A stretch of 55,928 nt of DNA, filler included, from Dugesia japonica (Eukaryota): NCBI GenBank assembly GCA_001938525.1. It is 4 parts of 4 records of this genome, joined end to end, with 100 filler letters (N's around TTAATTAATTAA, not from the genome) between each part and the next. Parts side by side here need not be neighbours in the genome. Positions count along the whole stretch, not along the records: positions 46,877 to 55,928 come from MQRL01612771.1; 3 more parts are not named here. The stretch is one strand, 5' to 3'. A model generated the notes under the pieces. The model saw only the letters and a list, made by a program, of their open reading frames with translations. It was not told the DNA's origin and searched no databases. Shown here piece by piece: positions 51,060 through 55,928 of this stretch (the first letter of the stretch is position 1; every line of letters starts with the position of its first letter). The translations under genes were made by a program, and so were the position numbers.

Positions 51060-52446
51060 AATTGAAAAATGTTATGGTCAAGGATATGATGGAGATAGTG
51101 TTATGAGCTGTGTTTATAGTGGTGCCCATACGAGGATTAAAAGTATTCAACTAAATGTTGAATATGTCCAAATTTAATTAGCAACGACAGCATTATCAAT
51201 TGCCATGAAGTATCGTCATTCTTTGTAACTATTGAGAATATCTATTTATTTTTTGGCAATAACATGAAAACATTTTTTTTCTAGATTTTTTAATGAATCA
51301 AAAGTTTCATTAAAAAACTGCATCCTACTACTCGTTGGTCAAATAGAGTGCAGTCGATATTAGCAGTGAAACTTTGTTTCACTGTTATAATAAAGGCATT
51401 AGGTTAATAAATCTGAAATCAACAAAAGAGATGAAAGAGAAGAAGCAATCCGAATAAAAAATGAAATGATGACATTTCATTTTGTATTTATTTGTGAATT
51501 TATATTTAAAGTANNNNNNNNNNNNNNNNNNNNNNNNNNNNNNNNNNNNNNNNNNNNNTTACTTTGGACGAAGCCACTTTGGTATCAAATCATATATATG
51601 AGAATGTTAGTAAATAATGAAATTCATACAAACAAATAAAATCAGAAGCGAAAAAAATTACTGGAAAGTAGGGCTTAAATGATGATTTTGAAAACAAATG
51701 TCAAAATATTATTAAATGTCATTCGGATGAATTAGCATCCGATTACAGATTTAACAGTGAACAACTATTTATAATATTTCTGACAAGGTAACCGTTCAAC
51801 TTTAAAGTAGCTTTCAAGGAATGCAGTTAGTACAAAACTATTTCAATTTTCTTGAACCTCGCAATACTATGAATTCATCAGAAGAAAATATTTTAGAAAA
51901 TTGTTTAAAATTAAGGAGAAAAAATATCGAGAAATGTCCTCACATCAATTTGATTTCAAGTAATTTCATTATTGAAAAACGATTTCACTGAAAACATGAC
52001 CATAAGACAATTTTCACAATTTGCTTATCACAAAATACAATTNTTTAGAAAGTGAATTTTCGGAAGTTTATGTCGTGTTTATGTTATTTTTTACTTTACC
52101 GATAACAGTAGCGATTGTTGAGAGAGCATTTAATAAATTAAAAATCATTAAAAATTATAAAAGAAACTCTGTTAGACAATCAAGATTAAATAATCGTAAA
52201 TGTTGGCCATTGAACATAAAAAAGGCGGCATGATTAGAATTTAAATATTTCATTATTGATTTCCCAAATATGTAAGCAATAAAGAAAAGATTTTAAAATT
52301 AGTGAGCTTATTTCTAAATTATTTTATTATTTTCTCTATTATATGAATACTTATACTAACTTATTTCATTTCGTATTTTTTTAAGAAAATCAAGGGGCCC
52401 TTACGTAATTTTTTATTAGGACCCAAAATTTCTAGCTACGCCACTG
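51060..52446 (+). mobile_element. hAT (ZMYM1/Tip100-like) transposon relic
   Basis: GQGYDGDSVMS, TRWS, TLPITVAIVERAFNKLKIIKNYKRN; right TIR reads CAGTGGCGTAGCTAG on the minus strand. Confidence 0.85.
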
Positions 52447-52945
52447 TTCTGATCATTGAATTTACGAGTTCACATTTACAATCTCTTAGAGTTTTCAAGC
52501 TGGTACTCGAATCTTGTAAGGTTACAATTAAAAACGATTGCATGGTGCTCGTTTATTGTATAATATGCGTTAGCTAGGCACGATCCAAACACATGAGATT
52601 GTAATTTGATATTACAATCAAAATTCCATTTTCAGCAATGTTTTTTATCTTTTATAAAACTAATAAACAATTTGTATAACAATCCACAATTTTACTTTCT
52701 TTTAATTCATTAATGACTTATATTAAAGATGAATATTAAAGGTTTTTAGGTTTCAAATGGTAAAAATTATCCAAAATAAAAACTAAAGCCAAAATTAATT
52801 TAATATTTATAAATTAAAACTATTATTAAAATTACAATTATCATTACGGTCGATAATTTGTCAAGCCACTATCCATTTTGTCACTGTAATTCAATAAATT
52901 TAAACTTATAACTCTTAATTTTAGTGATTCTTTACATCTACACAG

Positions 52946-53116
52946 AAAAATTATTCACCGCCATTGCTTTTTCTCATTTCGTATTTGATATATCATCTTT
53001 CTGTATTCGTTTACATATTTATCGTTTCTATACTTCCTTTAATTGATACCATTTTAACGGCTTCAGGAACTATTGCTCCCGAAGAAGGCATAGCCGAAAT
53101 ATTGAACCATCTATGA
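52946..53116 (+). CDS. Possible terminal exon with a hydrophobic segment
   Basis: ctacacag acceptor then 56 open codons KNYSPPLLFLISYLIYHLSVFVYIFIVSILPLID...; no upstream exon linked. Confidence 0.3.
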   Translation, partial: KNYSPPLLFLISYLIYHLSVFVYIFIVSILPLIDTILTASGTIAPEEGIAEILNHL

Positions 53117-53868
53117 AAATAGAAGAACATCATTTTGATCTTTGCATTTGAAAATAAATTTTAAATAACAGAATTTATTTTTCAAAATATTTGTTTAAAA
53201 AAATTTTAGTGAGAAAAAATATTATGAAAGAAGTTATGAATTTTTATTGATTTCTCTGGTAATTGTTGTGAAATTATGAATGTTTTGGTTTTTTTTTATC
53301 TAAAATTAATTTTTTTATGAAATAATTAATGAATGAACTGTTTCTTTCCTTTTACTTTATTGTTTAAATAAAATGTGTGTAAAGCACATAAGAACCATGA
53401 ACTTTATTCACCTTATATTAGCTGATATTTAAAATATAGAACCAATCCCCACTTTTTATATGTATACGCTCATTTTTACGCGAATTACCGAGGAACGTAA
53501 AAACAGAATTAGGTGTATAAGTTTTTCTTTAAATTCTTTTTATCTTTTACATTTAAATAAGATTTTTTTAAAAAGGAATATTAGTAATAATAATAATAAT
53601 GTTGGGATTCCATCTGAGTTGACGACAGAAAAATGTGGCTGGGGGAAAAGATCAGCTCTCAGTAGTTGACTCCCAACGCATTCTTGGAGTAAGTGCTCAC
53701 ACCTTTGTTTCGGGTTCATAATTTCCCCTAATTCGTGGTAGATTAAAGAGAAAAACAACTTTATGTACCAAGAAAAATTTATTTATAAATAATCAAAAGC
53801 CCCTGGGTCGAGCCATTCAACGGCGCATCGTCCGTAAAATCGAACGCGGCCTCGTCGTCATCACTGTT

Positions 53869-54302
53869 TCAATTCGTCCATGTTTCTAATTCGAGACGGG
53901 TGGACAGATTAGCAATATACTGCTTAAAGAAGTTGACCTTTTTGGAGATTTGAAGATTAATACGATTCGCAATTATTAATTGTTTATTGCTCACAGTCTC
54001 GAGTTTTGTGATTAACCTATTTTTCTGTGAGAGGTGGGGGAGCAGGGTCCGCTCACACTGTTTTGCGCAATGACTCTCGATGATGAATTTTTGGAGAATG
54101 CAACGTCTTGTTCCGGGCCTGTTCAACTCTGGTATAGCTGGCCCTCTGCTGCGTCGAGATCTCTGGAAGTTAGCTTCCCAAGTAGTCAGGTTTGACCTAT
54201 CAATCAAAATACTTGCATACTTATCATAGGAGTTCTTAAATCGCTTGAAAATCATCCTGCATGTGTGCCGGTCGAATACTAAATTCCATCGGTATTCGTT
54301 CA
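53869..54302 (-). CDS. Orphan ORF or exon of unknown function
   Basis: 144 open codons, GC-richer than background, preceded by an attacag acceptor. Confidence 0.45.
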
Positions 54303-54431
54303 CTGTAATTAATAAATGAAAACTTTTAGATCAAGATTTCGAAAAATTGAAAAATTAATAAATTCACAGAAAAATTTACAACGAAATATATTTGTAATTC
54401 CAAGACAGTTCATGATATAGAAAAGCATCAT

Positions 54432-54737
54432 TCACGTTTCATTAACCGGTGTTTCGAGGGGAAACACTTCTGTAAAGCACGGATGATTTTTTTCCGGATG
54501 ATAAATTATGGGCAAGTAGCTACCATCGACGAGCTCTCCTCCTTTCCTTGCGAATCTGTCGTAGCGTATCATATAGTTCACTAGGTATAATCCTAAAAGT
54601 AAAATCATAAAATACCCCTGACCTAGCCGGTTGTAGAGGAAATCGTTGAAGAGAAGTTTCAACACAGAAAATCCTGCTAAAAGTTGCAACCTAAAATAAT
54701 TTAAATGATAATCGAACGTGACTAAAAAATTATCCAT
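54432..54737 (-). CDS. Orphan 101-aa ORF with hydrophobic segments
   Basis: ATG-initiated, GC-richer than background, same strand as and 130 bp upstream of the previous ORF. Confidence 0.45.
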   Translation of the reverse strand: MDNFLVTFDYHLNYFRLQLLAGFSVLKLLFNDFLYNRLGQGYFMILLLGLYLVNYMIRYDRFARKGGELVDGSYLPIIYHPEKNHPCFTEVFPLETPVNET

Positions 54738-55928
54738 GACAATTATAATTATTACGCTAATACGGTCAGGTTAAAATTGATAACTAGATCAGTCACAACG
54801 ATAATGCGATTCGAAGTCATAATCGACAAAGTTGATAACAATTTTCTATAATTTCATTATCAGTAAGAAAATAATTTCAATACAATTTCTAAGACTAAAT
54901 ACTGAAATGATAAATAAGCTACCCCGAGCGTGAGGACCAAGCTATTGATAATTACGTTAAAATTAGTACTGTTGGGCTAAAACGCTGAATTTCGAGTGAA
55001 TTAAAAATGAAAAATAATGAGAATAATAATAAAAATGAAATGATAACACAAAATACCCAAACAATGAAGAAGAGAATTCGTTGAAGAATAAAAACAAGTG
55101 CTGGGCCGGACAATGTCATAACTAATACGTTATTGTTATTACGGTCATTATTATTATATTAATTATTATATTGTCATTATTACGAAGCTATTTGAATGAA
55201 GAAAGTAAAGAAAAATTGACCCATATGTGAATGAGAAAATTTCGAATTAAAAATTATATAAGAAAATGTATTAAAAATAACAATACAATATTATAATTAT
55301 ATGTTAGAAGGAGATTTGTGGCCATCGTATTTAAAATAATAATTACATTTTCATATTTTTAATATATAATTAATGTTATTAAAACATTAATTAATCGGCC
55401 CAGTCCCTAGTTAGTTTGGATTTTCATTTTTTACGTTAAAATTGATTATTAAATCAAGGCCCCCAGCAAGACAACGTGAATTTGGTTTTCCAAATTCGCT
55501 GTCAATCATAGCTGGGTGACCTAATGCATTTTAAATTTGCATGGAGACAAAATGAGAGGTGGTGTCACAAATCAGTTTAAAGAATAATATCGAGAGGGAA
55601 TATGGTTAGTGAACCAATAAAATAAGGCGAACAACTAACATCAGGTGTCATAGCAAACTGATACAGAAGAAGAGAGCAGATATTTTATCGAGAATTTTCA
55701 AACAATTTTTTGGTGATTGCGAACAACGAGAAGAAAGTAATTTTGTTTTTTTAGACATAAAAAATGTATAAACTCGAGTGGCTAGCCTAGCGATCGTGCT
55801 CCTTCTAAAAAAATAAGTATGAGAAATATTCTGCAATTGAAAGAGAAAAGTTTATAAAGTTTAATGAGAAATATCATACAGTTGAAGTCGAAAATGTTTT
55901 TAAAGTTTACTGAAAGATGTCATGGAAT

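Noticed and set aside
53075-53107. Hammerhead-like CCGAAGA-A-GGC(AUA)GCC-GAAA-UA-UU
   Set aside because: Core U4>C, weak stem I, no family flanks, and it lies inside a plausible exon; may be chance

Overview
This is very AT-rich animal (invertebrate) genomic DNA, not prokaryotic. It is four separate pieces joined by artificial 100-bp linkers (44 N + TTAATTAATTAA + 44 N at 27876, 37466 and 46777). Piece 1 (1-27875) holds a spliced + strand PH-RA-RhoGAP gene (ARHGAP20-like; 12 candidate exons found by hand, 5' end outside the window). Its introns are either 43-53 nt or multi-kb and filled with transposon relics: two Ty3/Gypsy LTR elements, a MULE derivative, Tigger, maT/DD37D, mariner and MITEs. 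Piece 2 holds mariner and Tigger relics and the first three exons of a type IV collagen gene. Pieces 3-4 hold hAT, mariner and Gypsy relics, two convergent copies of a CCAAT/TATA promoter-bearing repeat, and two orphan minus-strand ORFs. The most interesting signal is a dispersed ~170-bp non-coding repeat (at least 8 copies, in all four pieces) carrying a minimal type I hammerhead ribozyme with compensatory base changes between copies. It often occurs as inverted pairs, including an ~85-bp-arm palindrome, and sometimes next to (TAA)n tracts, which suggests a Penelope-like pseudo-LTR or retrozyme-type family. The host species cannot be determined; the architecture is reminiscent of planarian flatworms (inference only). 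All family calls are motif recognition by eye; no searches were run.
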